From Candidatus Omnitrophota bacterium (GTDB taxonomy: Bacteria > Omnitrophota > Gorgyraeia > Gorgyraeales > Gorgyraeaceae), in contig JAHIYJ010000034.1 in the NCBI GenBank assembly GCA_018814825.1, forward strand, positions 1 to 63,790: DNA of 63,790 nucleotides, read 5' to 3'. The notes under the pieces are model-generated. The model had not been told where the DNA came from. It made no database searches and saw only the letters and a list, made by a program, of their open reading frames with translations. Each line of letters begins with the position of its first letter. Within the stretch, counting starts at the first letter, position 1. Shown piece by piece: positions 8,959 through 18,916 of the stretch. Both the position numbers and the translations under genes were made by a program.

Positions 8959-11055
8959 CTATCTTCTCACGATCTCGTAATATACGGTATCTGTGTTTCC
9001 TGATATTTTAAAACAATGCCTTTCTCCTTCGCGTCTCACGGGAAGAGCCGTCTTTCTCAATCCTTTCTCATCGAGCGGATATACCTCAAGGATCTCGTCT
9101 CTCCCGCTCTTTTTTATAAAGACCTCTGATTCAATGGCCTCAACCAGGATAGGAGAACTTCCCGCCCGCAGAATATACACGTCCCTCTCAAGGTCATTTC
9201 GCTTTTTTGTCGCGTGTGGCGTGAAGTTCTGGTCTTTGTTGCGCGCCCGGCCTATAGCCGCAAGAAGCATTCTTTTTGAGCTAGAAAGGTTTTTGCCGTC
9301 CAGAGACGCTATTGTGAGAGTGGCAAAACCGGATCCGGCAGCAAACTTAATCCCGTCAAATTCCTGGCCAGCCTTTTCACCCATGAATCCTGAATATGAA
9401 AAAATCCTGTCTGTTTTCAGTATAAAAATGCCCTTGTCCGAATCGCGGATTATTTCCCCTGTATCGGATTCTATCGTATCCTTTTTACCTGATAAACCCC
9501 CGGCAATAGGATAGATTAACTCATTTGACTGATCATCTCCTGGCCCTGAAAAAACCTTCTCGAATCTCGATAGATACGGCAGGCCGGCTATGCGCGCCCT
9601 ATCGACATACGTATCCTCGATCTCGAAAACTTTATCCATGCTGTAAAAAGCTCTATAAGTATTTAAGCCTTGCCTTACATCGTCTCTTAAAAAGATAAGG
9701 CTCGCCAATGGGAAAAGGCCCATCTTGGCCGGATCATTGAATATTACTGTCCCGTAATAAAGCCTTTGTTCAAGCCCGTCCCAGGATAACCCCCAACCTC
9801 CGTTATAGGCATATAAAAATAACGCGTCCCAATCATTCAAGGCGGCGTAAGCTGCCGTGCTCAAGACATCTACTGCTCTCCAGTCATTAGGCCAGTTACT
9901 TCCCCATTCAGTGGAAATAAGAGGTTTACCGGACACCTTTGCCATGGAGATTGTGTTTACTATGGTCTCTGGATTCAGGTAACTCTGACTTATCAGAGGC
10001 CTGTTATGGATCCTGTCGAGCCTGTCGCAAAGGTCCCAATAGACATGTATATCGGTAAAATCCATACGGCTGTCAGCAAGAAGAGTAACATTATCATATG
10101 GCAGGTTTGACGCTCCTATGGGCACTTTTACCCCTATCGAGCGCAGATACGCGTGCATCTCTTTTTGATATTTATCCTGCAGGTCAAACAGAAATCTTTT
10201 ATCATGTGACCAGTCCTTTCCCTCGCCGCCAGAATTCCTATAAATATCCTCTATTTTTCTTTTATAATAAGCCGGCAATCTTTTAAGAGATCTCTTCAAA
10301 AACAAGGTATTCTCGTTTGTCATCCCTACCATCGCTATAGCTGGTTCATTTATATACGCGTTTCCTGTATAGGGATTTACATGTGTCAAAAAATCAGACG
10401 CGAACTTTTTGCTCAGTTCTATCACGCGCTCGTCAAAAAACGAAACCCCTTTGGCCCCTTTTTCTATTTTGTCAGATTGAGAAACTCCGTCTCCCGCCTT
10501 AAATCTTCTGGCGCCTAATCCCAGGACGTCAAAACATACATATACGCCGTTTTGTTTAAGTTGATAAATAAAATAATCCAGCCTGTCCATCTGAAAAGCC
10601 GCAAAATGCTGAGAGTCATTATATCGGGGATCGATCAAACCATCCGGAGACTCATAATCCAGGAAATGCATCCTCACTATATTGCATCCCAGTTGGGCGA
10701 GTCTCTTTGCTATGTCCCTGGCCTGTTCACGGTCAGGGAAACACGCTCTGCCGGCGTGTATATTCAAGCCCCAGAACCTGGCCCTTCTGCCATCCTCAAA
10801 ATAAAAATGTCAATCGTCTCCGGTGGTTAAAAACCCGTGTTTCCCGGCAGGCGCGTCAAGAAGAAAACTCATGTCCACCTTTGAACCCTCGCAGTAATTC
10901 CACGGGATATAAAACGGGAACCACTCCTTCTCTTCTTTTTTCTCCTTAAATATATTCAAAGGGAAAAAAGCGAACGCGGCCAGAAAAACGCTCATCGCTA
11001 TGCGTAACTTTACCCTATCATGCATTTTGTATGTAAAACTACTGTTTATAGACAT
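8959..11055 (-). pseudogene. Secreted clan GH-A-like glycoside hydrolase interrupted by a single in-frame TGA
   Basis: Two same-frame ORFs are separated only by TGA at 10810-10812. The first (10810-11055) has a signal peptide and ends LLDAPAGKHGFLTTGDD. The second is 8959-10767, whose track start is a TTG. Read-through gives TTGDD*HFYFEDGRRARFWGLNIHAGRACF. The downstream part has NIVRMHF, MTNENT and STEWGS motifs. The 17-nt overlap with the upstream GT4 gene suggests the N-terminal piece was once a translated start. Confidence 0.65.
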
Positions 11056-12214
11056 CTAGCAATCTCCGCTTGTTATGCTCCCACGAAAGTTCGCCTTTCA
11101 ATCTCTCGCGGCCATACCTTCCCATTCTCTCCCTCTTGTCAGAATCTTCGATCAATTCTATAATCTTATCCGCGAAATCATGGATATCGTTTGGCCTCGC
11201 GTACAACGCCGCATCTCCGGCCGAGAACCTTGATTCTTTTAAATCAAAAGAGACTATGGGCTTGGCCATTGCCATATATTCCAGGACCTTGTTCATGGTA
11301 GAACTGTCATTAAGAGGGTTTTTAGGGTCCGGAGCGACACATACGTCGGAAACAGCGAGATAATCCATGAGCTCTTTATCAGGGATCCTGCCCGTAAACT
11401 TAACTGCGTCGTTAAGCTGCAGCTCATCCTTAAGACTCTCCAGGTCCAGCAGTGAGTCGCCCCCGCCTATTAAATTGAATAATATGTCCCTGCGGTCATA
11501 TCTTCTCACGATCACGTCTATCGCTAGAAGGAGATAATCCACGCCGTCCTGGGGGGCCATAACGCCCAGATAAGAAACCAGGAACTTTCTGCCCTGTTTA
11601 AGTTCCGGGTTATAAGAGGCGGGCTTGAACATCTCAAGTTTGGGGCCTGTTCTTACGACAAAAACTTTCTCCTTTTTTAACCTGCCTCTTGAAACCGCTA
11701 CTTCCTTATAAGAATTATTAGTCACGATAACCTTATCAGCTGTCTTATACGTAAGGTACTCCAAAAGGAGAAGCGCCCTGTAAAGCAAATCCTTTCTATG
11801 GGCGCCATATTTCGATAGATACACCTCAGGGCATAGATCATGCTGGTCAAAGTAAAATCTCTTGCCAAACGCCTTATAAAAAAGGCCTATAAGAAAAAAC
11901 GTATCCGGCGGATTACAGGCGTGGATAATGTCAAAACCATGCCTAAAAAACACGCGCACGCTCAGCAAAAACGTCATTATGAAACAATACAAAAATTCAA
12001 ACATATAACTAAGAAACCCGCTTGTGGGAGGCGGAGGGCTATACCTATATATAGCGATCCCGCCGAGTATCTCAAAGCCCTTCTCACCTTTGAACCTGGG
12101 ACATATTACTGTCACACCGAAACCTTCTTCATTCAGGGCCATAGCCTCCAGCCACACGCGCCTGTCAAAAGGAACTGATAAATTTTCGACTATTATTAAG
12201 ACTTTTTTCAACAT
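11039..12214 (-). CDS. GT4-family glycosyltransferase (GT-B fold)
   Basis: 391-aa ORF. N-terminal KVLIIVENLSVPFDRRV and a C-terminal GT1/GT4-like region (FLVSYLGVMAPQDGVD, FTGRIPDKELMDYLAVSDVCVAPD, NKVLEYMAMAKPIV). Confidence 0.85.
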   Translation of the reverse strand: MLKKVLIIVENLSVPFDRRVWLEAMALNEEGFGVTVICPRFKGEKGFEILGGIAIYRYSPPPPTSGFLSYMFEFLYCFIMTFLLSVRVFFRHGFDIIHACNPPDTFFLIGLFYKAFGKRFYFDQHDLCPEVYLSKYGAHRKDLLYRALLLLEYLTYKTADKVIVTNNSYKEVAVSRGRLKKEKVFVVRTGPKLEMFKPASYNPELKQGRKFLVSYLGVMAPQDGVDYLLLAIDVIVRRYDRRDILFNLIGGGDSLLDLESLKDELQLNDAVKFTGRIPDKELMDYLAVSDVCVAPDPKNPLNDSSTMNKVLEYMAMAKPIVSFDLKESRFSAGDAALYARPNDIHDFADKIIELIEDSDKRERMGRYGRERLKGELSWEHNKRRLLDVYKQ

Positions 12215-12238
12215 AGTGTTTTCGCCTTTGCCGCCAGC

Positions 12239-13522
12239 CTACCGGTTGCTCAGATTTATCAATATCTGGCCCTTTTTCAATTTCCTTGCCAAGCCTTTGA
12301 ATGCCCTTGTCCCGTGGCCTATCACCACAACATCAGAGCCTCTTAGAGCCTCTTTGACAGATTTGCATAAAAGTGATGCTATATGAGGTATCTCTTTCTC
12401 TATATAAGCCCTATTGGTTCCTGTGATCCTCGCTAGAGATACGTTCCTGTCATATATCTTCAGGCTAAAACCTTTGCCGATCAAAAGTTCGGCCAGCCTT
12501 ACAAGCTGGCTCTCCCGCAGGTCATCAGTGCCTGGCTTGAAACTCAAACCTAAAAGACCTATTTTCTTTTTCCCGGTCTTGAGGATCTCCCTGAAAACCC
12601 TCTGGATACAGGCGTCGTTACTTTCCAATATTGACTCTATCAATGGTATCTTCAGATCCATGTTCTTCGCTTTATATAGAAACGCCTTGATGTCCTTTGG
12701 CAGGCATGAACCCCCAAACGCGAAGGCCGGCTTCAGATACCTTGCCGAGATATTGGATACCGTATCCTCGCAGAAAATTTCCATGGCCTTCTTTCCGTCT
12801 ACGCCCAGATGTCCGGCCACAAGACCTATCTCATTAGCAAAGGAAATCTTAAGGGCGTGAAAGATGTTATCCAGATACTTGCACATTTCCGCTGTCCGCA
12901 CGTCGGTTATTATTAAATGGGTCTTCTTTAGAAAAGAAAATATCTCCTTAAAAAGGATTTCCTCTCTACGCGTGCGCACGCCCACTATTGTCTTGGCCGG
13001 TCTGTAAAAATCCTCCAGGGAATCGCCTTCCCTCATAAATTCTGGGTTCGTAGAGATACCGAAATCCCTATCCACTCTTTTGCCTGATGAGTCTTCTAAT
13101 ATAGGTATAAGGATATCCTCTGTGGTGCCGGGCAGAACAGTGCTTCTCACCACAATGGTGTAAAATCGATTTATCCTCTTCAGCGCAAGCCCTATCTCTT
13201 TTGCGACTGACTTTAAGCTTTCCAGATTAATGGAGCCTGTTTCCGCAGCAGGAGTGCCAACGCATATAATGGCTATATCTGTCTCTGAAAGGGCTTTTTC
13301 CGCGGAACTAACAGCTGAAAAGCGCCCCCTTTTAACAGCGCTTGAAATAACGCCATCCAGGTCCTTTTCTATAATGGGGCTTCTGCCTTTATTGATGGCC
13401 CTGACCTTATCGCTGTTTATATCAACTCCCACGACTATATGCCCTTTCTTGGCCAGGCATGAGCCTGTAACTGTCCCTACATACCCAAGCCCAAATACGG
13501 CGATCCTTTTTTTATTTTTCAT
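12239..13522 (-). CDS. NAD-dependent nucleotide-sugar 6-dehydrogenase (UDP-glucose/GDP-mannose dehydrogenase family)
   Basis: 427-aa ORF. Rossmann IAVFGLGYVGTVTGSCLA and catalytic-Cys motif FGGSCLPKD. The N-terminus resembles AlgD/Ugd-type enzymes. Confidence 0.9.
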   Translation of the reverse strand: MKNKKRIAVFGLGYVGTVTGSCLAKKGHIVVGVDINSDKVRAINKGRSPIIEKDLDGVISSAVKRGRFSAVSSAEKALSETDIAIICVGTPAAETGSINLESLKSVAKEIGLALKRINRFYTIVVRSTVLPGTTEDILIPILEDSSGKRVDRDFGISTNPEFMREGDSLEDFYRPAKTIVGVRTRREEILFKEIFSFLKKTHLIITDVRTAEMCKYLDNIFHALKISFANEIGLVAGHLGVDGKKAMEIFCEDTVSNISARYLKPAFAFGGSCLPKDIKAFLYKAKNMDLKIPLIESILESNDACIQRVFREILKTGKKKIGLLGLSFKPGTDDLRESQLVRLAELLIGKGFSLKIYDRNVSLARITGTNRAYIEKEIPHIASLLCKSVKEALRGSDVVVIGHGTRAFKGLARKLKKGQILINLSNR

Positions 13523-14657
13523 ATCTAAACACCTTTCTTCCCTGATAAAGACAAATGCCTTTTAACTTTCTTAAAAAATGAAATCTCCTTAGATAATCCT
13601 TTATGACGCGGATATAATAAAGAGTATTTCCCAGTATATTCCTCCTGTAAATCCAGACACACCTGATTTCATCCGCGCTTAGTGTCCATTTTCTTTTCCA
13701 GTTCTCATATACACCTAAAAGATCATATTTCCTGAAGTTATTCTCAAATACTTTCTCAAGCATCCTCTTATGCAGCAGACTGCCCGGGGAATAAGACGCA
13801 TAATCCGGGTCATAGCCCTGCTTTTCCCCTGAAAACACATCTTTGTATCTAAAGGAATAGCAAGCGGCTATTTCCTTATCATCCACCTTTAGAAAAAAGA
13901 GGCTGAACCAATGATTCCGGCTGGCAATATGGGCTAATTCACTATAAAACCTCCTTTCTTTTTTAGAACAGCGAATAGCTGTTTTTGCGTCTTTTTTCCA
14001 CCCAGAGGCTTCTAGCTGGAAAAATTTTTCCAGATACACATCCAGCTTATCCGAATTTTTTATTTCTAAGAGCTCCACTTTACCCACGTTACCCAGCTTC
14101 CTTTCGCTGTATTTTATGTTCTTCCTGAATCGACTCGATAACGCGCTGTAATAATCCTCCCATTTGCCCGCGACAGTTACGTATGGGGACAACTCTATCC
14201 TTTTCCCTTTATAGAAACGGAATAGATCCTTACCAGATAGAGATTCTAACTCTTTTATGATTTTTGAATCCGAGATTATATCTTCCAATTTAATAACATC
14301 CCACTTCTCGGCGCCAAGACGATCGAATATAGCCTCCACGCACTCTTTTATCCGCTCTGTCAGAATGAGATTAATACGCGGGCTGTAACAGTTCCTTAAG
14401 ACCGCCGTCTTCTTGACCGGTAATCCTAAAAACCTGTAAGTCTTTCTTGCAAAAGGGGCTATGGCCAGAATCTTACCACCCTCGTCTTTCACCACTATTA
14501 TAAAAAGATCCTCCTTCGCGAAATTATCGCACCATGTGTAAAACCATTCCCAGGTCAGATGCACATCATCGGAGGCGCTTCTGGATAGAGCGTCATTCCA
14601 TGGTTCCCTTAAACCCTCCATTTTCTCTATTGAGGTAATAATGTCTACTTTCAGCAT
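13512..14657 (-). CDS. CelD/FemAB-like GNAT acyltransferase (Acetyltransf_6-like)
   Basis: 381-aa ORF. It is a clear paralog of the C-terminal half of ORF 19823-22516 (EPWNDALSRSASDDVHLTWEWFYTWCDNF versus DAWDDILLKSGSDNIFLTFDWLSRWWRHF, and ILAIAPFARK versus LIGIAPLMIK). This pattern is typical of EPS-cluster CelD-like GNAT proteins. Confidence 0.75.
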   Translation of the reverse strand: MLKVDIITSIEKMEGLREPWNDALSRSASDDVHLTWEWFYTWCDNFAKEDLFIIVVKDEGGKILAIAPFARKTYRFLGLPVKKTAVLRNCYSPRINLILTERIKECVEAIFDRLGAEKWDVIKLEDIISDSKIIKELESLSGKDLFRFYKGKRIELSPYVTVAGKWEDYYSALSSRFRKNIKYSERKLGNVGKVELLEIKNSDKLDVYLEKFFQLEASGWKKDAKTAIRCSKKERRFYSELAHIASRNHWFSLFFLKVDDKEIAACYSFRYKDVFSGEKQGYDPDYASYSPGSLLHKRMLEKVFENNFRKYDLLGVYENWKRKWTLSADEIRCVWIYRRNILGNTLYYIRVIKDYLRRFHFLRKLKGICLYQGRKVFRYEK

Positions 14658-17600
14658 TTACAAACCATCCCTGTCTTGAAAATATACTTCAGGTCGTTTA
14701 TATCCATGCTTTCTCCTGAGGCGTACAAAAGCGTAACAAATCTGCCTTTATCCTTTATCCCCGCAGTAGCTATCAAGACCGGACTCTGGGTCTTCTCGCC
14801 GAATACGGACGAACTCCATCCCATTATCGGGGATAGTTCACCTTTCCTGACTTCTATAGAAAATGCCTTATCCAGGACCACATATAAAAACAGCTCCTGA
14901 TTCCGCACCCTTATCATATTAAAAGCGAGCTGATCGACCGAAGCCGTGGATGGCAGGTGAAAATACTGACTGATCTTATTTTCCCCTTTCACTCTCAAAA
15001 CATCCTCTACAGACCATATCTCACTTATTTTGTCAAAAAGTACACTCCTTTTATGCATAACCGCGCAATTAGCGTATGAGGCGCTAATATAATCTGTCTC
15101 CCCCGAACTCATCCATTTTTGTATCTCAGGCATAACTCTTCGCCCCCACATAAAAGGCCCTGTTATCTCTGACTGATTTTTATTATTTACACTGACGGTA
15201 TTATGCGCTGTCGTACCTCTAAAATAATCCCTCCACCTGTTTCCCGCATGGTAGAGGTATGTACCCGGGTCTATCAAAAACTCCACGCCGTCCACGGAGA
15301 GCGTTACGCTGAATAGATCCGCATGTCCGTGCGCCGCAATAGAAGAATATCCAAGTTCCCCACAATCCATAATAAAGACCTTTGACTTTTTCCTGAGGAC
15401 AGCATAACCGCCCTTTTCAAAAAATCTTGAGTCTAGTTCCAAGTCTATATCCGCTATAGCCCTGTATTTTTTCAGCCCCTCTATCCCGAATAACCAATAA
15501 TGCTCTTCCTGGAAAGAACAGCCCTTATCCTTAAAATCTTCCCTGCCGGATATTATGCTGGCGGATGATAATATTGATCGAAATACATTAAAATCCCCGC
15601 GCTCTGACAGTCTTAAAGCCCTGCCGTCATCCGAATCTCCTATGTGCGGGATATTGCCGCTCTTATCCATGATATTCATAATAAACTCTGACATACTTGA
15701 GAATCTATCCATGACTGCTTTTGGAATCTCTATATCATTTTTCATAAAAAGCCTGGCTGTTATTATAAAAAGTTCCATTATGAAGGCCTGATAATGAAAG
15801 GCCTGTTCTTTCGTGACGCCGTCCGGATGGACCTGTTTGATTATTTCCTCAAAGAGGATCCTCTTGCCTTTATCAAGCCAATCCTGTGATTTTTTAAATT
15901 CCGGGAAACTAATAGCCGTTATTATCAGGCCGCACGCTTCTCCTATTAAATGATTATTACCTGAGGAATACCTGGATAAATTACGGCTTATAAATTCTGT
16001 CTGGTTGTATATGGCCGTCAAAAACTCTTTTTTTTCAATCTCTGGCAAAACGTTCGATTCTTCTATGAACTTATAAGCCCAGCACCATGATATAAGCCTT
16101 AAACTGACCTCTAGCGGGCTGGCCCAATTGATACCAATATAAAGCGGGTTCTGTCTTATCCATGAAAATATCTGTTCTTTTATCTCTTCGGCATATCCGA
16201 TATTTTGCGTCAATAAATACGCCTTTCCCAGCGTGAGCAGGTGCTGATGTCTATTGAGCTCCCATACAAGCCTGACTTCTTTTATATCATGGTTATTCCT
16301 GAAATCTATATCAGCCCAATATTTCAAAGGCCATCTTCTGCCTGTCAATATATCCTTATGCCAATCTATCAACTGAGGCGCAATCCAATCCATACTAAAT
16401 ATCCTGAACTTATGCGCGCGCAAGATATCCGCCTCGGCTATAATCTCTTTTATCCTCTCCGGAGATAAGCTGAGGATCTCCTCTCTTATTTGCTTATAAT
16501 CTCCAGGATTAAAATAGAAATATCTTTTTCCAGCATCCCGCCTTAAAAGCCTGTCTATCCTGACAGGCCCTATTGAAAACCTGCTCATATTTAACCGTAT
16601 AAATTTATATATTCTGTGCGTTACTTCCCGGATGGACATACGCGATAATCTTTTGGCATACCATATCAGCCTGTTACCGAGCAGGCCTGCGTCATCTTTA
16701 AGTAAAAACTCATATTCGGAAGACAGTTTCTCAATAATACGCTTTATGCTGAAATCAGTTTCCATTCTCTTGATATTATTCCTGCCCATCTTCTCTCTGA
16801 GCTCTTTATCCTTAAGTAACGTTATAATATTCCTGGCCAGCTTTTCTTTCTGGCCCGGTTCTATCAGCAATCCGTTAACATTCTCTTTCACTGCCTCAGG
16901 TATACCGCCAACCCTGGTAGATACAATAGGCAAACCCGAAGCCATTGCCTCGACTATGGCAACCGGAAGACCTTCGTGATAAGAAGGTAATAAAAATATA
17001 GAGGCGTTTTCCAGCGCCTTCAGGAGTTTTTCCCCGCGCAGCCATCCGGATATGACCACATTCTTATCAATACCTTTTTTTTCGCATATCCTCTTGACTC
17101 CTCCCAGATCCCCGTCCCCGGCTAGATAAAACTTAGCCTCCGGCAGCTCCTTTATAACCAGGGGAATCGTATCTAATATATCGTAGGTGCCTTTTCTCCA
17201 TCCAAGTCGCCCTAACGTCAATACATTCATTAGAGAACTGTCCCTTTTTAAGGCCATACGCTTTAATAAGAGAGTGTCCACTGAATTCGGTATCACCTTT
17301 ATGTTCCTGTTAGAGGTCATCCTGCTCATTTCTGAAAGCCATGTATTGGATAAAACCACGATACTGTCAGAAAGGTCGAGTATCCTTCTGACTGAGAATC
17401 TCCTTAGGCTATGGCCGGTATCGTAAAACACGTCAAAGGATCCGGCTTCTATGTGGAATATAGTCCTTTTTCTGAAGACCTTGGCCATTAACAGGATAAT
17501 GGCCTTTCTGTAAAAACTGCCTCGCGACGAGGTATATATGTGGACGATCCTGATGTGCCTCTCCCATACCAGCCTGATGAGATATAGCGTGAGACATCTT

Positions 17601-18916
17601 ATGAAATAAAACGACTTGAGTATTATATTCCCGTCTATGGTAGTGGGTATATAACCCAGGTCGAACTTCACGGAAAGCTCGGATTCGATACAATACCTGG
17701 CAAAAGAAGACACCCCTCCTTTTACATCAAAGCGAGGCCCCATCATTAATACGCGAGGCTTTTCTTCGCACTGGACCTGGCCGGAAAAGCTACTCATAAA
17801 AAACTTTTCCATTTTTTCCGACATTCGGTCAGCTGAAAAATATTTTTCTGCCAGATTTCTGGCTTTTTCGCCCATCACTCCGGCCTTCTTTGTATCGCTC
17901 AGCAGCTCCATGACCTTTTCCGAAAAAGCCTCAGGGTCTTCAACAGGCACTATAAACCCTGTTTCTCCGTTTAATATGAGTTCTGGGTTTCCGCCTACAT
18001 CTGTCGCCACTATAGGCTTTGAGGAAGCCATGTATTCAAGCAAGGCAACCGGGAAAGACTCGACCCTTGAAGAAAGGACAGCTACATCAAACAAAGAAAC
18101 GATCTCTGGAATATCTTTTCTCTCTCCTAAAAAAATTACCCGTTTCTCGATCCCCAGTTCCCCGGCCAGCCTTTTAAGGCCGGGCCTTTCCTCACCTTCC
18201 CCAACTATCAAAAACCTGCCCTCAGGGACATGAGCCAGGATCCTTTTAGCTGATTCCAGAAAAACGTCATACGCCTTTTCCCTCACCAGCCTTCCGACCA
18301 TACCTATTATCTTTTCCTCCTTCGTAACACCAAGTTTCCTTCTCAATCCATTTTTGTCTACCGGGGCCTTAAACCTGTCTATATCCACTCCGTTATGGAT
18401 AAGTGTTACTTTGTCAGGCCGAAGGCCATATTCTTTTACCAGAGAGTCCAGTTTCCTCCTGGAGACAACACCTATGCCGTCCAGCCTGGATAGGACAAGT
18501 CTATTAACAAAGCCTGATTTAAACCTGACCCATCTATCCGGTTTTAGCATAGTGTGTATAACAGTCACGATAGAAGCGACTTTTAAAATCCTGCCGCATA
18601 CAAAACCCCAGAATAGCGTCAGGGGTGAACTCGCCAGGCATAATAAATCCGGCCTTTCTTCCCTGAGAAGCCTGAAAAGCTTATAGACCCCTATCAAATC
18701 GCGCTTGCCTTTCATCAGGCCATGTCTCAAATCCACACCTTCCTGAATAAGTGCTCCACCTATAGCTCCTGGTTTATATAGACAGCATACCTTTATACTG
18801 AATTCGGAAGGGTCAAGGTGCTTTACCAGCTCATAGAGCATCTTCTCGGCGCCTCCTGTATTCAACGTTGAATTAATAAAAAATATCTTTTTCATAACCT
18901 GATACCTCTGTAACAC
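14651..18916 (-). CDS. Tri-domain fusion: GT4 glycosyltransferase + GT4 glycosyltransferase + heparinase II/III-like (polysaccharide lyase fold) domain
   Basis: 1421-aa uninterrupted ORF. About aa 1-375 is GT4 (KKIFFINSTLNTGGAEKMLYEL, ESFPVALLEYMASSKPIV). About aa 385-745 is a second GT4 (EGLPVAIVEAMASGLPIV). About aa 760-1421 has heparinase II/III motifs (VWELNRHQHLLTLGKAYLLT, GNNHLIGEACGL, HGHADLFSVTLSVDGVEFLIDPGTYLY, TTAHNTVSV). Confidence 0.85.
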   Translation of the reverse strand: MLQRYQVMKKIFFINSTLNTGGAEKMLYELVKHLDPSEFSIKVCCLYKPGAIGGALIQEGVDLRHGLMKGKRDLIGVYKLFRLLREERPDLLCLASSPLTLFWGFVCGRILKVASIVTVIHTMLKPDRWVRFKSGFVNRLVLSRLDGIGVVSRRKLDSLVKEYGLRPDKVTLIHNGVDIDRFKAPVDKNGLRRKLGVTKEEKIIGMVGRLVREKAYDVFLESAKRILAHVPEGRFLIVGEGEERPGLKRLAGELGIEKRVIFLGERKDIPEIVSLFDVAVLSSRVESFPVALLEYMASSKPIVATDVGGNPELILNGETGFIVPVEDPEAFSEKVMELLSDTKKAGVMGEKARNLAEKYFSADRMSEKMEKFFMSSFSGQVQCEEKPRVLMMGPRFDVKGGVSSFARYCIESELSVKFDLGYIPTTIDGNIILKSFYFIRCLTLYLIRLVWERHIRIVHIYTSSRGSFYRKAIILLMAKVFRKRTIFHIEAGSFDVFYDTGHSLRRFSVRRILDLSDSIVVLSNTWLSEMSRMTSNRNIKVIPNSVDTLLLKRMALKRDSSLMNVLTLGRLGWRKGTYDILDTIPLVIKELPEAKFYLAGDGDLGGVKRICEKKGIDKNVVISGWLRGEKLLKALENASIFLLPSYHEGLPVAIVEAMASGLPIVSTRVGGIPEAVKENVNGLLIEPGQKEKLARNIITLLKDKELREKMGRNNIKRMETDFSIKRIIEKLSSEYEFLLKDDAGLLGNRLIWYAKRLSRMSIREVTHRIYKFIRLNMSRFSIGPVRIDRLLRRDAGKRYFYFNPGDYKQIREEILSLSPERIKEIIAEADILRAHKFRIFSMDWIAPQLIDWHKDILTGRRWPLKYWADIDFRNNHDIKEVRLVWELNRHQHLLTLGKAYLLTQNIGYAEEIKEQIFSWIRQNPLYIGINWASPLEVSLRLISWCWAYKFIEESNVLPEIEKKEFLTAIYNQTEFISRNLSRYSSGNNHLIGEACGLIITAISFPEFKKSQDWLDKGKRILFEEIIKQVHPDGVTKEQAFHYQAFIMELFIITARLFMKNDIEIPKAVMDRFSSMSEFIMNIMDKSGNIPHIGDSDDGRALRLSERGDFNVFRSILSSASIISGREDFKDKGCSFQEEHYWLFGIEGLKKYRAIADIDLELDSRFFEKGGYAVLRKKSKVFIMDCGELGYSSIAAHGHADLFSVTLSVDGVEFLIDPGTYLYHAGNRWRDYFRGTTAHNTVSVNNKNQSEITGPFMWGRRVMPEIQKWMSSGETDYISASYANCAVMHKRSVLFDKISEIWSVEDVLRVKGENKISQYFHLPSTASVDQLAFNMIRVRNQELFLYVVLDKAFSIEVRKGELSPIMGWSSSVFGEKTQSPVLIATAGIKDKGRFVTLLYASGESMDINDLKYIFKTGMVCKC

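Noticed and set aside
10810-10812. TGA as a sense codon (alternative genetic code 4 or 25) or as selenocysteine
   Set aside because: ORFs of 900-1400 codons elsewhere in the window are uninterrupted under the standard code, so TGA is not generally a sense codon here. I see no convincing SECIS-like stem-loop in the 40 nt downstream of the TGA, and a Sec residue at this position of a glycosidase has no rationale.
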